Shown: positions 23,918 to 37,492, numbered from the whole stretch's first letter. The stretch is DNA of 61,452 bases, filler included, from Choristocarpus tenellus KU-1152 (GCA_964200185.2; 8 parts of 8 records of this genome joined end to end with filler, not necessarily neighbours in it), one strand, 5' to 3'. Numbers and translations are program-made. The notes: generated by a model from the letters alone, not told the origin.

Positions 23918-26649
23918 TTTGTCCTTAGTGGTATATGTGGCATTTTCAAGGCACTTCATGTGCTTCAAACTGGAGACAGTGAGCTGCTGGCAGGGCAGGG
24001 TTTGACTGACTTGTAGGATTCTTCCCTTGTTTCTAGGCTTCAATCATGGTGCCAGTCTAGGATTAGTTTCAGCTGTGTGTATCACTAAAAAGAGTTGAGA
24101 CTATTTTCAGGTATGATGCAATTTTGTCGATTTGTAGTGTGGACAGAAGAGGCTTCTTATTTTCAAGCACACTCCAGGTAATGATGAAGTGGAAGGCTTT
24201 TGTTTTATCGCAAGCAACAGAGACTCTGTTCTTCTATTTGTTGCATTTTCTGCCTTGTTGTCTGCTAATTCTTGTCCCCTCCATCACAATATCTGCTAAA
24301 TGTCGGTGAGGACATTCACGAGGTACCTTTTTGATGTTTATATTTGGGAAGTGGAGTGGAACTTCTCGGGTTTCACAAGAATCGCTTCCTGGGTTAGGCA
24401 AGAGCACTGTTGATTTTTATTATTTTTTGCTTTCCTAGATACACAGCAACGGTGGTCCTAAAACTTTCACTGTCCCTGGCTGACTGAGTACCTCGTTGGG
24501 TAGCTGGGTAGCTAGCTCCCTGTGGTCTTTGTCGTGCCCAATTCACACAACCACAAGCTGCACAACCTCTTCCATTTTCCAGAAGTTCTCCATCTACAAA
24601 GCAGAGATCTTAAGGTATTTGGCGTTTCTTGCACCCAGTGCTACACATTGGCCAGGCAAGTAACCGTGAGGGATATTTACCTTTCTTTAAACTCAGTTCC
24701 GTCCATGACCAACACTCGTTAGCAGTCATCGTTCCCTGTGGGATGATGTCTCTATTACGCTGTTTTGGGGTGGGATTTGTAGGCATTTGTCACTACAAAG
24801 CTACTTTCGGAACATAATCTCGCCACTCAAAGTGGACAACATGGAACCTTTCTGATTTATGGAAAATGCTGGTGATGGGAGCTGTGGGATCCACGCTCTA
24901 ACTGACACAAACAGAAATGGGACTGAGGTGTGAGTATGGTCGTGTCTAGCTGTGTTTGTATCTGTGCGTCAAAAAGACGAGGTATACTCTTCCCTTCTTT
25001 CCTGGATGTTCCTTTGCAGCATCCTCCTGTGTGCTTCGTCCGTACACCTCACTTTGCAACCATTTGTTTTTGCTTTGTGGACGGAATTACATGCTCTCAG
25101 ACAAGCATGTTGCGATGGTCTTGTAGAGTGCTTTTGTTTCTCTCTTACGTTTCTAGTAACAAGAATGGACTGCTACCAACCTTCTGTGACCAGGATGGGG
25201 GTACTGAAGGCCTCTCACCTGTATGGACCTGTGAATGGGTAACGAGGAAGAGAGGAAGCTTGGCCAGGTGGTAGCAACTGTGCTCTAGCAGTGCCAGGAG
25301 GAAATGAACAGTTTGTGTATGTATGGGTAAACATGGGAGGGTTGGGAGATACAGAATCTCCAGCAGCATCAGGAGTATAGGCATAGGAGGGTACTATGCC
25401 TTGGAGAAGAAGAGGAGGACACACTCCACCAGTTAGAATCCACAGTATCCCTGCAGTACCCAGAGGAAGGGGCAAGGGGAGTCTATACCTGCCACTGCCA
25501 AAAGAGACGATGAGCTAGGTAAATGTACAGGTGATACTGTGAGGTTTGTAGTTAACTTTGACCTTCAAAGTGACTAACAAGGAATTCCAAGGCAATCACT
25601 GCGACACGGGCCAGTGTCTGCCAGACAGGATTAAAAAAATCACGTTCTGGGCGTACCATCACGTCAGTAGTGTTTGCCAAGCAAGTTATGGTACGGGTTG
25701 AAGGGAAGGGGGGGATGTTGCCTGACGATTGTATCAAATATCCAATGCTTATCTCGAGATACTACCTATATCTTATTGTTATCTTGTTTTTACCTGCACT
25801 CTAGTCGATGGCTAGGCAACTCAACCCTCCGTACCCCCCAGTTCGTGGCCATCCAACTACTCCTTAGTACAGGTAGCAGTTCCTAGGTTCAATCTTGTGA
25901 AGTCCTTCCCTGATCCAACTAGATCAATTATTTTCCATCGTTTATTTGTGATCAGAGAGAGGTGTATGTTATTTTTGTGATATGGAAATCAATTTATACT
26001 AACATAAAAAATTGACTTCAAAAGTTGACCACTACACACATTGACATAAACCACATGCATATATATGTGGAATCTTGATACTTGGGAAAAAGTTCCACCC
26101 ATAATGGATTTTGAGGACTATCATATTAAATCGGAAGGGTAGAATGGAACCATCGTTCCCATTGGTTACTTACTTTTTCAACGTCCACATTTTTGACCAA
26201 TGAGAAGATCATTGAAATAATATTCCTTCCGATTTTTGCATCGTTGTTGTCGTATAATATATTTATTATTATGCCCTCTGATTTGAAGATGTGTCAGGGG
26301 GAAAACCAATGAAATTTATCATTACTAATGGAACTTATTCCACGGCAAGAACCACCCTAAATTATACGTGACCGTATCGTTTCATGACAATCCTCCATCC
26401 TCCACCCCCAACCCCATCCACAGATTCACTCCATCATAGAACATCAAACTACACCAGGTATGCCCTATGCCTTGACCGTATTGACTCCCTCAACGAACTC
26501 ATACTCCTTAGATCCTTGTCCTTGTGGTTTTGTGGTAAAAGTTCGAAGAGGATTGAGTTGATGCTGGATGTGAATTCCTTCTAATCCAGCCCAACCTCCT
26601 CTTTTCCCAACCATATTCTTAAAGATCTTTACCACCTCCAACGATCAAA

Positions 26650-28608
26650 ATGTCTGAGCGCACCTACATCATGGTCAAGCCAGATGGCGTGCAGCGCAAC
26701 CTCGTGGGCGAGATCATCGGCCGGTTCGAGAGGAAGGGCTACAAGCTTGCAGCCCTCAAGGTTTCCTCTATCCTTTCCCTTTGCGTGACATGAAGCCTTC
26801 CTTGAACGACTGTACTGTTTTAGAGTCCTTCCAACAGTAAAGGGAAAGAATCATTGATGATAAAGCTAACAAAAAAAGAGCTTGATTGTGTCGCAAATGG
26901 TGCCCTCGAAGCAACTAAACTCACTCCCCGAGTTGAACGTAAACAGTTCAGATGTTCTTCAGCGTGAAAATTGATTGTGGACTTCAATAATCACCTTCTT
27001 TGCCCATTTAACTGTTTGATCATTGTTAACCAGTACCTCCTCACCCCTCTTGTACCAAATACAACAGATGGCTAGCCCCGAGCGTTCCCACCTTGAAGCT
27101 CACTACGCTGACCTCGCCGAGCGGTCTTTTTTCCCTGGTCTGATCGACTACATGGTGAGCACTGATATGTAGCAATAAATAATGCGAAAAATCCAATTTT
27201 CTGACAACATACGCATACATTTTACCTACTCCGAAACATTTTGGAGTCGGAAAATAAGTGCCACACCACAAGCGAATAATGACCAAACGATGCCCATTCT
27301 CCTCCCTACCTTCTGGTACGCTGAAAGTCTTCCGGACCTGTAGTCTGCATGGTGTGGGTGGGCCCTAACGTCGTACTGGAGGGTCGCAAGATGCTTGGCG
27401 CCACCAAGCCCTCCGAATCTGCCATGGGCACTATCCGCGGTGACTTCTGCCTCGAGTAAGTACAAACTGCGGACTGAAAGGATGTTTTATTTCATAGAAA
27501 ACAGTCAAGAGTAGACTCGACCTATCCCCACACTTCATTATTCCTATGCGTGCACCTAATGTTTCTATTTCTAGTGAATGATGCACCAGCATGTAGTAAG
27601 CATGCTGTGAAGGGTCTGATTCTGTTGCTATATTTGGATCCATTTCCAGATAAATATTAGAGTAGGTCTGCAGATAGGATAAACAGTGGGTGAGACTCTG
27701 AAATGGAATCGTGGGATGACTTCTTCCGTGCTGCTTCATGATGTAATCAAATAAAACATTGTCAACTTCCCTTACACCCTTAACTTTCCCATAGATTAAC
27801 CGACCCTGGGCTGCTATTCATCTCTACAATAATCTTTCACACCTTCATATTCCAGCTATCTTTTTTCGTAAGTAGCTTTTCCCCAATATCCGATTTGTGC
27901 GTGCTTTTTTGACAACAGAGGATAGCTCTGTATCTCAAAACAATCAATAAGATCTTGCCTCTTGCAGGCCTTTTCCAGTGCTAACGCTACCTGTGCCCCA
28001 ATGATGGTCTTCACAGGGTGGGACGCAATGTGTGCCACGGGTCAGACTCGGTTGAGTCCGCAGAGAATGAGATCGCCCTCTGGTTCCCCGAGTGAGTGCA
28101 TCTATACTGCCACTGTGCATAGCTGCCATAGCTGCCTTGTATATTACTGTCAAAAGGCAACATTTTTCTTTTTTGTAGAAAATTTTGTTCAGGCACTGTT
28201 TAAATAGCTTACTGTACCATCCCTTTTCATCTCATTTCTCAGTTTAATACCTTCCCCCCACCATATTGGTGTTGATTCGTGCTGTACTGATACAGTGGAT
28301 AAGCGGTCTTAGTACCTTACGGCCACCAGCCAACAGGTTTTGCTCAGGTCCTGTTCTATCCAGCTCACTGCATACCATCCCATTCTGTCTCATTCATCAA
28401 ATGTACTTTTTCCCATTTTTTCTATATTAGTGTCGCTTTCTAAAGCACACTATGTCTCTTTTCATTATCTCCTAACGTAAAAACTTCAACCATGAAGACT
28501 CCCTGACTAATAATAATGGGCCTTCATTTGAATATTGTCTTGTGACTTTTACACAGGGGTGTGAATGAGTGGGAGTCCTGCTCCAAGCCATGGGTCTGTG
28601 AGGGCTAA
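26650..28608 (+). CDS. NDK1: Nucleoside diphosphate kinase (group I), complete, about 150 aa. Exons 26650-26760, 27068-27154, 27328-27455, 28017-28091, 28557-28608
   Basis: [30 protein letters not shown]...[24 protein letters not shown]...[33 protein letters not shown]...W; the catalytic HGSDS motif is present and all introns are GT-AG. Confidence 0.97.
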
Positions 28609-30347
28609 GTGGCTGCTCTGACGTTTTCTCGCCAACTCCAACTGCTGGATCTGCGGTAGGGGAGTACAAAGCAATCACATCCTTCAACTTTCACGTTGAT
28701 GCAGCTGGAATTAGTGTTGATTTGTCAATGCTCCAAGAGATTTAACCAATCTCTTCCCTATGATATTGATTTTGACTAGAGGGGGAGTAAGCCGTGGAAT
28801 TTGTCCCTCCCAAAAGAAAAGCTTCCATCTTTTGTTTTATGTGTTTTTTGTATTAAAGTGTGTTTGATGCCAACTGGTAAGATACCTACAAACTCAAGAC
28901 TCCCAAGGTTGGCGAATGATTGATGCTATTGGCAAACGATGAGTTGGATTATGTTGAATCTCTTGTCCTTTGTTTGTGATGTAACCCTCTGGCACTATGT
29001 GTGCCAAGGGGCACAGGTTCCTATTGCCTTTTGTTAGAACCATGTCTGTACTGGTGAGCCGCAAGTCCTTGGACAAGGTCGTGGTGGACATTCATCAGAG
29101 TTATGTTAGAGTTGAGGAGTTGGAATCATCCTCTGAACTGTGCAACAAGTTGAACAGTTGTTGCATGCCAAGCAAATGTTGTACTTAATGTTGGGAAATA
29201 TTATGCACCTTGAACAGGTGATAATGATGTATGGATTTGGTGCACCTTTTCAATAGTATATTTCAATAATAAATCTGATGGGTGGTTTATTGAGGTGAGC
29301 ATTATTGATTGTGAAAAATATTTGGTTACATCGTTCCATTTTTTGTTCTGAAGTACCCACAAAGTTGCATGGTGTTCCATCCTCCCATCTATCTTGAGGT
29401 CTCAGATGTGAATTTCTATATGCCATCAAAAACATGTCTTCAATCTTGACAACACCTTTAAAGGGTGATTAAGAGCTCTCCACACCAGGATATGCTTTAC
29501 TCTTGCATCAGTGAAATCGTACAACCATTGCAGTAATTCTGATGTCTGGTGTAGAACAATTTTTTTAGGTGTGCATATCTCCTTCAATATTGATAGGATC
29601 CTTTCAGCATCTCCCAAGATTCTTAAGATGCAAAGATGGATTGGAATTGAGATGACAACTGCATCATCAAGGAGGGAAGAAAGCTGACAATTTACGTTGT
29701 TGTTGACCTAGGCATTGTAGCACATCTTGGACTACGAATTTAACATTCAAACAAAGCAGTAATATATGATACACCTGTCAAGACAAAAACACTCGCCACT
29801 GAAATATACTACGCACTTCACATCTAGAAAAATGTTAAAACTCAAATTCCCCATGTACTAAGAGTATTTGTCCTGTCAAACGAGTTCAACAATCTAGGAC
29901 AAGTGACAAGTTCTGTACTGTATAATGGAACAATCGATGCAATGTTGGAGATCCCTGTAGTAGTTCCAACAGAAAATATGAAAGTTTGGACGTTTTGAGT
30001 ATCAAGGCATTTCTGAACCTAATGTGATGCATATAGTATCCATGCCAGAAAGGCAATTAACCCCCCTTTGGGAGGGTGTGACTTTAGAAGATGGACTGTG
30101 AACACCCTCCACATTGTGCAAAACATGTGTACCACAACTCAGTTGTAGGGACCTTGAAACTCAACACCCACCCTCATGTGGTATTAGTAATTCATAACAT
30201 TATGCAAAATGTAGATCATCAGGGCAGAGGTGCACTTACCACTGTTTTGCTGAATGCACAACACAAATTGTAAAAAATGTATTGTGAAAAGTGCCATGTT
30301 GTCCAAGGTGATTGGCAATATGGTGAAATATCACAGGAGAGCATTTC

Positions 30348-32581
30348 TCATTGCATGGAAGAAGAGGCAGTTCCCAACCCAGCCAGTTTGCACTTAGCCC
30401 TCGCTTTCCTGCTACAGTAGCAACATGCCCATGTGGGTTTGTGCCCCATGACATATGGCCTGACTTCATGCCCTCGATGGCAATGCACTGCACACCTAGA
30501 ACACACCCATTTAAGGTCACAACTCTTGCATGAATAGTAGTCCACTAGATCCCCTACCCCCAAGCCTGCCCCCCTTCCTACAGGAGCAATTGTATCACCA
30601 GGTCCCTTTTTTGCACTGACAAAGGTATCAGCGTAGCATGGCTCCAGTATCTCACTTTTGAGGGCCACAGGACCATCTACAACCAAGGCCCATCCTGGTC
30701 CCACTCTACCACCTGGGCACTGCTCAAACACAGTTACAGTGGTGAAGTCCAAGATTCTACGCGTGCCTGGCTTCCAGGGGGCACTGCTGCTAGCTTTCAC
30801 ACCAACCCAAGGGGCATTGATACTTCCTGAGCCTGCTTCACCTTCACCACCTCTAACAACTCCATTTCCTTGTGCTGTACCTGATGGTGCCCCCCCATTC
30901 AATCCGGTCCCTATGGTACCAGTCTTCATCTCTTCCCCTGTTTCTGCTCCTCCTTCACCAGCCCCTACTGCTCCTCCTGCAGTGGTGTCTGCCAGTCGCT
31001 GAAGTAGGATCTCTTGGCCAGGCCCAAAGCTGACGACCTCATCTCCCATAAATGCATAGTAGGCACGCACCTTGGATGACAATAGCAATACATTGGCAAG
31101 GTGAAGTGAAAGATGCAGCATGGCAACAGCGAAGAGGGTAACAGGTGCAGGATAAGGGTGAAAGGAGATAGTTATCAAAACACTAGAGGATATATTGCTG
31201 TGCTTACAGTACGACAACCATATCCAAGATCAAGTTGTATAAAATGCGTGGTACATAGAACTGGGGCAAATATATACTTGAGCTATGGAAGCTATGGAAA
31301 CAACAGAAGTCACCTTGTCGTAGATGATGCCAGGATAATGAGTGGGTAGAATTTGGGTCTCGAAGCGAACCCCTCGGGAGGCCACAAGAACGGTCACTGT
31401 TGTTGGAAGCAGGCTAGGAGGAAGGGTCACGGCAGCCGCATGAGCATCAAGATCTCGTATCAATATCTCGGAGACCGCAGCAAAGCGTGCCTTGGTCTCC
31501 TCAATCGCCGTCAAAAGTTTCCAGGCTTCGCCCTTGCAAACGTCGTCCTCCTTTCCCCCTGCCCCCTCTCCTTTCTGGTTCTGGTCGTTGGACCCCTGCC
31601 CCTTCTCCCATGCCTCGGCTTTGTCTGCTAGAAGGCGCAGTTCGGTTTCGTGGAGCATCTTTTCTTTGTCGTAATAGGCTTGGTAACCGAGAAAGGCTTC
31701 CCGCAGTCGCCTGATAAGAACCCCCTCAATAGGCGAATACTCAATAACTCTTGTTTGCTCGGATGTGCCAGGCGGCAAAGGAGGGGTAAGACTTGTAGGA
31801 CCCGGATGGGCAGTTGCGTTGATTGTACCTCTGTGGGGCCAATCTCTCCCTTCCTTATGCCAACCACGAGATGCAGTGGCCGCCAGGAGGCGCATGTAAG
31901 ACATCTCAGTCTCCTCACTTGACTTCTGGAGTGTCTGTGCTAATTCTACTACCATAAAGTTCTTCCTGAGAGCGGCCTCGCCACCCTCCACTGCCGATTG
32001 ACACACAGGGCACACTCTTTTTCGGTTGATTGCGTCCGAGGCACATTCTCGGCAGAAGCTGTGTCCACAAGGCGTTACAACGCAATCCTTCACCACCTTA
32101 GGGATTTCATATTCGGGTAAGAATATGGGCTATCGCCTGGAAAAGAAAAATCTTCAAGCCCCCAAAATGAGGAAGCTTGGTTCTATGCATTCAACGAGTC
32201 TTAACCTAACCATTCTTCCTTCCGTCGTGATACTTGTCAGGCTATGGTTATCCATTTCACCAAAAAGTAGGGTAATGATTATGGTCAATCCAGATGGAGT
32301 GACGGATGCCTTGATTTTCCAAGTTGTGATGAGATTAAACATGAAACACAGAGCGAAATATAGGTAAGGAAGGGGAAGATATCATTCCTCCATTTGCATA
32401 CACAGGTAGCTAGCAAACATCCTGCACATACCAGAATACTTTGGTATCAATGAGGGTTATACTGAGAAGGTTTGACCACATGCCAAACAAAACCGTAGGT
32501 CACCTCGAAGCATACAGGGCAACTGAGGTCCTTGAACATTGCATCAGCCATGACATATCTTGGTCTTTCTCGGGAGTCCAT
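30348..32581 (-). CDS. C3HC4 RING-finger protein with a C-terminal UBR-box-like Cys/His finger (putative E3 ligase). Exons 32581-32504, 32096-31314, 31070-30348
   Basis: LSCPVCFE|VVKDCVVTPCGHSFCREC...CPVC at the N-terminus and YYSCKSCDLKWVCSRCAVHCHRGH...ACCYC at the C-terminus; both introns are phase-0 GT-AG. Confidence 0.85.
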
Positions 32582-33250
32582 TCGCCCACCGGTTCAATCA
32601 CCTAGCCTATAGACCCACAACCCCACCCCTCTGAAGGAAGCTGTTACTGTCCTGATCTACAAGTATCTTCTAGGCGTAAGTTAGGCCATGCTCCAGGCAA
32701 GGAATCAAGTCAAAGGTGGAAGTGTGGATCATTGATGTTGGTACTGTTGATACCGCGCGCAAAGTGTCGCGATGATAGAGTATCAACAATCAACACTACA
32801 ATTTATTATTATCCAAAAACGCCATAATAATAGTGAGAATAGTATTAATATAAGGAAATGAGAGGAGGAAAATACCCACTAACAGTTTAATTTGAGATTG
32901 CATAGATCTGATTGGAGGATCAGAGGAAGTCGGTTGTTTGACATTAGAGAATCAGTTTAAGTGGTATGTGTAATCGAATGATAGAAGTGTGGTGTAAGTG
33001 ATAATGTATGTAGTCTCCTGATAAACTGGTGAGTCACGTATTATTCCCTTATTATTGGTGCTTCTTCTGTGGTCAAGGTTTCGGCATTGCTCTATCACTC
33101 GATGTTTGATTGGTTAGGGGGCTAGGGCCGAGTCCATGATATAGTGTGACAAGGATAAATCGAAGTCTACAATGTGGACTCTTCTTCTTTGGTGGTCTTG
33201 GTCTGGCTTTCTTTGTTGGGTTGGGGTTTCATCACTCAAATAATATTAAT

Positions 33251-33482
33251 AGTAGTAGTGTAGTAGTAGTAGCATTAGCAGTAGTAGTAGAAGTGGTAGT
33301 AGTAGTAGCAGCAGCAGTAGTAGTATCACCAGCAGCAGTGGTAGTAGTGGTGGTAGCAGCATCAGCAGCATCATCAGCAGCAGTAGTAGTAGTAGCAGCA
33401 ACAGCAGCAGTAGGTGTAGTAGAAGAAGCAGCAGTAGCAACAGCAGTAGTAGTAGTTGTAGTAGTAGAGACAGTAGTAGTAC
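33251..33482 (+). repeat. Compound (AGT)n/(AGC)n trinucleotide microsatellite
   Basis: Directly visible. Confidence 0.95.
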
Positions 33483-33622
33483 TGAGCCAAGTAAGCGAGA
33501 GGTACCCAGTTTTTGGTGGTTTTGCATTTTAAGTCAGTCTTTCCATTTTTTGCAGTTCACCTATATTTCTATTAATGAGTGCTAAGTGTGACATGAGAGG
33601 GTTGATTTCTCTATATATATGA

Positions 33623-33690
33623 GACCCAAAGTATCTGGCAGGGGGGGGGGGTCTAGACCAGGGGGTCCATTTGGACCAAAATCAGGAAAA
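33623..33690 (+). mobile_element. MITE family A left end, cut by the contig edge. A separate opposite-orientation end lies at 33791-33810
   Basis: GACCCAAAGTATCTGG..GTCCATTTGGACCAAAAT. Confidence 0.8.
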
Positions 33691-34142
33691 NNNNNNNNNN
33701 NNNNNNNNNNNNNNNNNNNNNNNNNNNNNNNNNNTTAATTAATTAANNNNNNNNNNNNNNNNNNNNNNNNNNNNNNNNNNNNNNNNNNNNCCCCCCAGAT
33801 ACTTTGGGTCTTTACTTACACTGTATATCATCTTTTTTTGTACCAAAACCAATTACACAAACTGCAATCACGTTGCAAGTCTTCATTTTTGTACACGGGG
33901 AAAGGTATTCATTACTCGTTTCCCTAACACTGCCAATTTGGAATATATAAAAAGCAACCGTCTGCATCACACAAACATCTCACACTTTACATTAACTTTA
34001 TGAAGGGCACAGGTTGTACCCCCCCAGCCTAACTTCCCATAACCCTTACCCTGACCCTTGCCCTAGGCCCATATACAAACCATGACATAAACCACCAAAC
34101 AACCCTAACTCTGTTGTCCAATATCTGTCCCTCCCTGTGACA

Positions 34143-34520
34143 CGCTCGAACTTCCTCATGCGAACCTAACCCTAACCCTAACCCTAACCCTAATGATAAA
34201 AAAACTGAAATGAAAACAGGGTGTATTTTTAGCGTTGTTCATAAACACACAAGTCTGAACACAAAAATAACTCAATAACCCCAAACAAAAATATAGTGCA
34301 TTGCTATCGAACCCTAACCTAACCCAAGTCTAACCCTAACGCTAACACAACATACAAACGCAGTGTATATATTTAGCGTTGTTCATCGAAACCCAATTCT
34401 GAAGACATACCTAATCCAAAATAAAACATAATGTATTTTTAGCGTTGTTAAACCATAAACCCAAGTTTGGATACAAAACTATCCCAAAATAAAAGCATAG
34501 AGTATTTTTAGTGTTGTTCA
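34143..34520 (+). repeat. CCCTAA tracts interleaved with four diverged copies of TGTATTTTTAGCGTTGTT
   Basis: Motif at about 34221, 34365, 34432 and 34501. Confidence 0.75.
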
Positions 34521-34670
34521 TGATAACACAACGGCAACAGACCATAACCAACAACCCTTTATCAAAACATTGAAAATCCGACACATGCAAGCAAATCGCC
34601 CAAAAATCGCCATTTTGGAAAAAGGGCCCAAAACGGACGCCCGACCCCCCCTAGATACCTTGGCCCTTTT

Positions 34671-35630
34671 GTCGAAGCTACACATCAATCCCTGGAACTA
34701 TATCATTCCATAATCCAGGTGGACTATCTTTGAACCACATCCTGACAGTTCATAGATTACTTGAGACAAGCGAGCACGAAAAGGGAAAGGAAGCCAGGAG
34801 GTGCACCCTCCATCCTATCGGTTCATAGATGCATTCGGACAAGCAACCAGAGAAAGAGAAACGAAACCACGAAGTTATGCCCTGCATGTACAACGGTCAT
34901 ATGTACAGGGTATCACACCTAGATTCCTTTATCCTTACACGCTCCCTTGTCTAAATACATATATGAACTCTGTAGGGGGGTGGATCAAAGATAGCTCACT
35001 TGGATCTTTGCCCTGTGATAGGCGTGGGCAGAGTCATTAACAGATATTTCCACCCAATCATGGGCTTGGTTTGGTCCAAGCTCGAAGTATATCCTTTGAA
35101 ATATGTTCTTCCAAAATCCAAGGTTGGCTATACTTGAACAGCATCCTGACAGTTTATGGATGCATTGAATCAAAGGAGAACAAAGAGAGAAAGGAAACAA
35201 GACGTATCCCTTGCATGTGTGACGGTCATACATGCAGGGCACACCTCCTAGATTCCTTTGTCTTCTCATTTTCCTTTGTTCCAATGCATCTGTGAACTCT
35301 GTCAGGATATGGTATACAGATAGCCCACCTGGGTTTTGACCTATGATTGGTACGGGCAGAGTGATAAACAGGTATTCTCACCCAGACATGGGCTGGGTTT
35401 TGTCCAAACTCCACATCAATCCTTGGAATTTTGTCCTTCCAAAATCCAAGTTGGCTATCTTTGAACCACATCCTGGCCGAACATAGATGTATTGAGACTG
35501 GGGAGCACGAGAATAGAGAATTCTACTTCCAAAATCCAGGTGAGGTATCTCTGACCCACATTCTGAGAGTTGATAGGTGCATCAAGACAGAGGAGAAAAG
35601 AATGGAAGCCAGGGGGGGTGCCCTGCACCC
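34671..35630 (+). repeat. Diverged tandem repeat with units of about 330-400 bp
   Basis: Units start at about 34671, 35074 and 35402. The submotif TTCCAAAATCCA.G..GGCTAT..TTGAACCACATCCTG recurs four times. Confidence 0.75.
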
Positions 35631-37302
35631 TGATAGTATGTAGATTCAGCGAGACAAAGCAGCACAGTGAGAGAATGAAAGTTAGGGGATGAGGCCGTGG
35701 TGGTAGTGTGGTTAGTCTGTGCTTGATTTATTATATTGCTGTGTTCACATCTGTGCCTCCAAGTTGGGCATGCACATATGTGGCGAAGATATTCCTCCAT
35801 CATTGTAGGTGTGCAGAATTCCATCTGTCTACGAAATTATGACATGCAGTCAGATTAACACGTTATAACAATTCAGTCTAGTGGCATTAGTTCTGCAGAG
35901 TGTTCAACTCTTGTGTGTCTCACTTGCAACGATCATAATGGTGAGCTACTACTGCCAACCTTCCGTGATTAGGTGCTTGGGGCCTTTTCCCTGTGCACAG
36001 AAGAAATATGGGTGAGGGAAAGGGAGGTGAAGCTCACTGAGAAGACCTGCCAGATAGCAGCCACAATGCTCCACCCAGCACCACCACCATGGGGACAAGT
36101 GGAAACAGTCGTGGTACTCCAGCAGCACCAGGAGGAAAGGGATAGATTAGGGGGACTGGGCTTAGGTATGAGCAGGGGTGATCATGCGGCCTCTATTCCT
36201 GCCTGTGCAGAGGGAAGGAGACAACCTAGCTAACTATATATCTCCATGTGTGTAATATGTACCTATATGTAGAGTGTACGTGAAACTACTACTATTGTGA
36301 CTTGTAAAGTGGCCAACAAAGAATTCTAAATTAATAATGAAAGGATTGCAGTTCAAGCTCCTTCCAAACCACATTAGAACATATCACATTCTGGACCGAA
36401 AATCTGCTCATCAACATGTACAGCAAGGTGGTTGGCCTGCCCTACATTTTGAAGAGGGGAAGGTGAAGTTATTACAAAAAACGAATGTTATCATCTTTAG
36501 AATTATTACTAGAAATATCATTTTTACTATTTCTATTGCTATTGTCAGGGACAGGTCCCCTTTTTGGGATCTCCTGGCACTGATGAGGATAATGCGCGCA
36601 GTCATATATATTTGCACGCTCCACTTTTTTTCATTCATGCCAGCTCAGGTGATGTTGTGTGGGTCAGATGCACGACTGGCTCGCGGCAAGCCCGACATGA
36701 ACAGTGGATTCGAACCCTCAAAGCACGAGATTGTGTTTTCTGTTCTCACTGATCGCAACCAATAACCATGGATCTATGTCACCATCCGCCCAGCATGCCT
36801 CAGTCTCATCTCTAACTTCCATTCTGTACCTCCTCTCTGGTGGTTCTCATCACCTCCCATCACATAGAACCAGACCCCACAACCCTCTCAACCTCATAAA
36901 TAAAAAAAAAAGGTTGTCAAAAGTGAGAAGGTGTAACAATGTCTCCGTCGCCAATTCACTAGTTACTCTAAACACACTGCTGCCGCTGCAGCTATAGTAT
37001 CATTGCAGTGTGACAGATAGTCATGCTCACAATAAAATCATAAACGCATATTTTTTAGACCAAGCGACCATGAAGATGTGCACACTCGTTAAAAAAACAT
37101 CTTCAAAGTATTAAAATATGAAGCCTTATTGTAGACATAGGCTTCAAAAGGGCGTAGCAAGTCGTGTTGGCCTATCAGGTTGCATCAACTATTGTATGGA
37201 AGGCCTCTCCGTTTTGACCATCGCACTAGCTAATAATATAGACCCTGGGGTCGCATGCTTGTCGAATTGCTGGTATTGAAATGTAGAACAGAACCTAACT
37301 CT

Positions 37303-37492
37303 GGCTCAAAGTATCTGGGAGAGGGGGTGGCGACTGCCCATTTAAGGTCATTTAGCCAAGTCGCGGTTTTGGGGTGATTTGGTTGCATGGGTTGGATGGA
37401 TAATGTAAGTTCACTCCTCTTGGTTAGGGTCCGAATGAGCACCCTGATGTAGACCCCTCCCCACCCCCCCTCCCCCTCAGATACTTTGACCC
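37303..37492 (-). mobile_element. MITE family A, diverged
   Basis: GGCTCAAAGTATCTGG ... CAGATACTTTGACCC. Confidence 0.75.

Noticed and set aside
27575-27625. Possible C/D-box snoRNA in NDK intron 3 (ATGATG...CTGA with an internal hairpin)
   Set aside because: Box C is imperfect, it spans under 50 nt, and I recognise no guide sequence.
33146-33532. Poly-V/A and poly-L ORFs
   Set aside because: Trinucleotide microsatellite.
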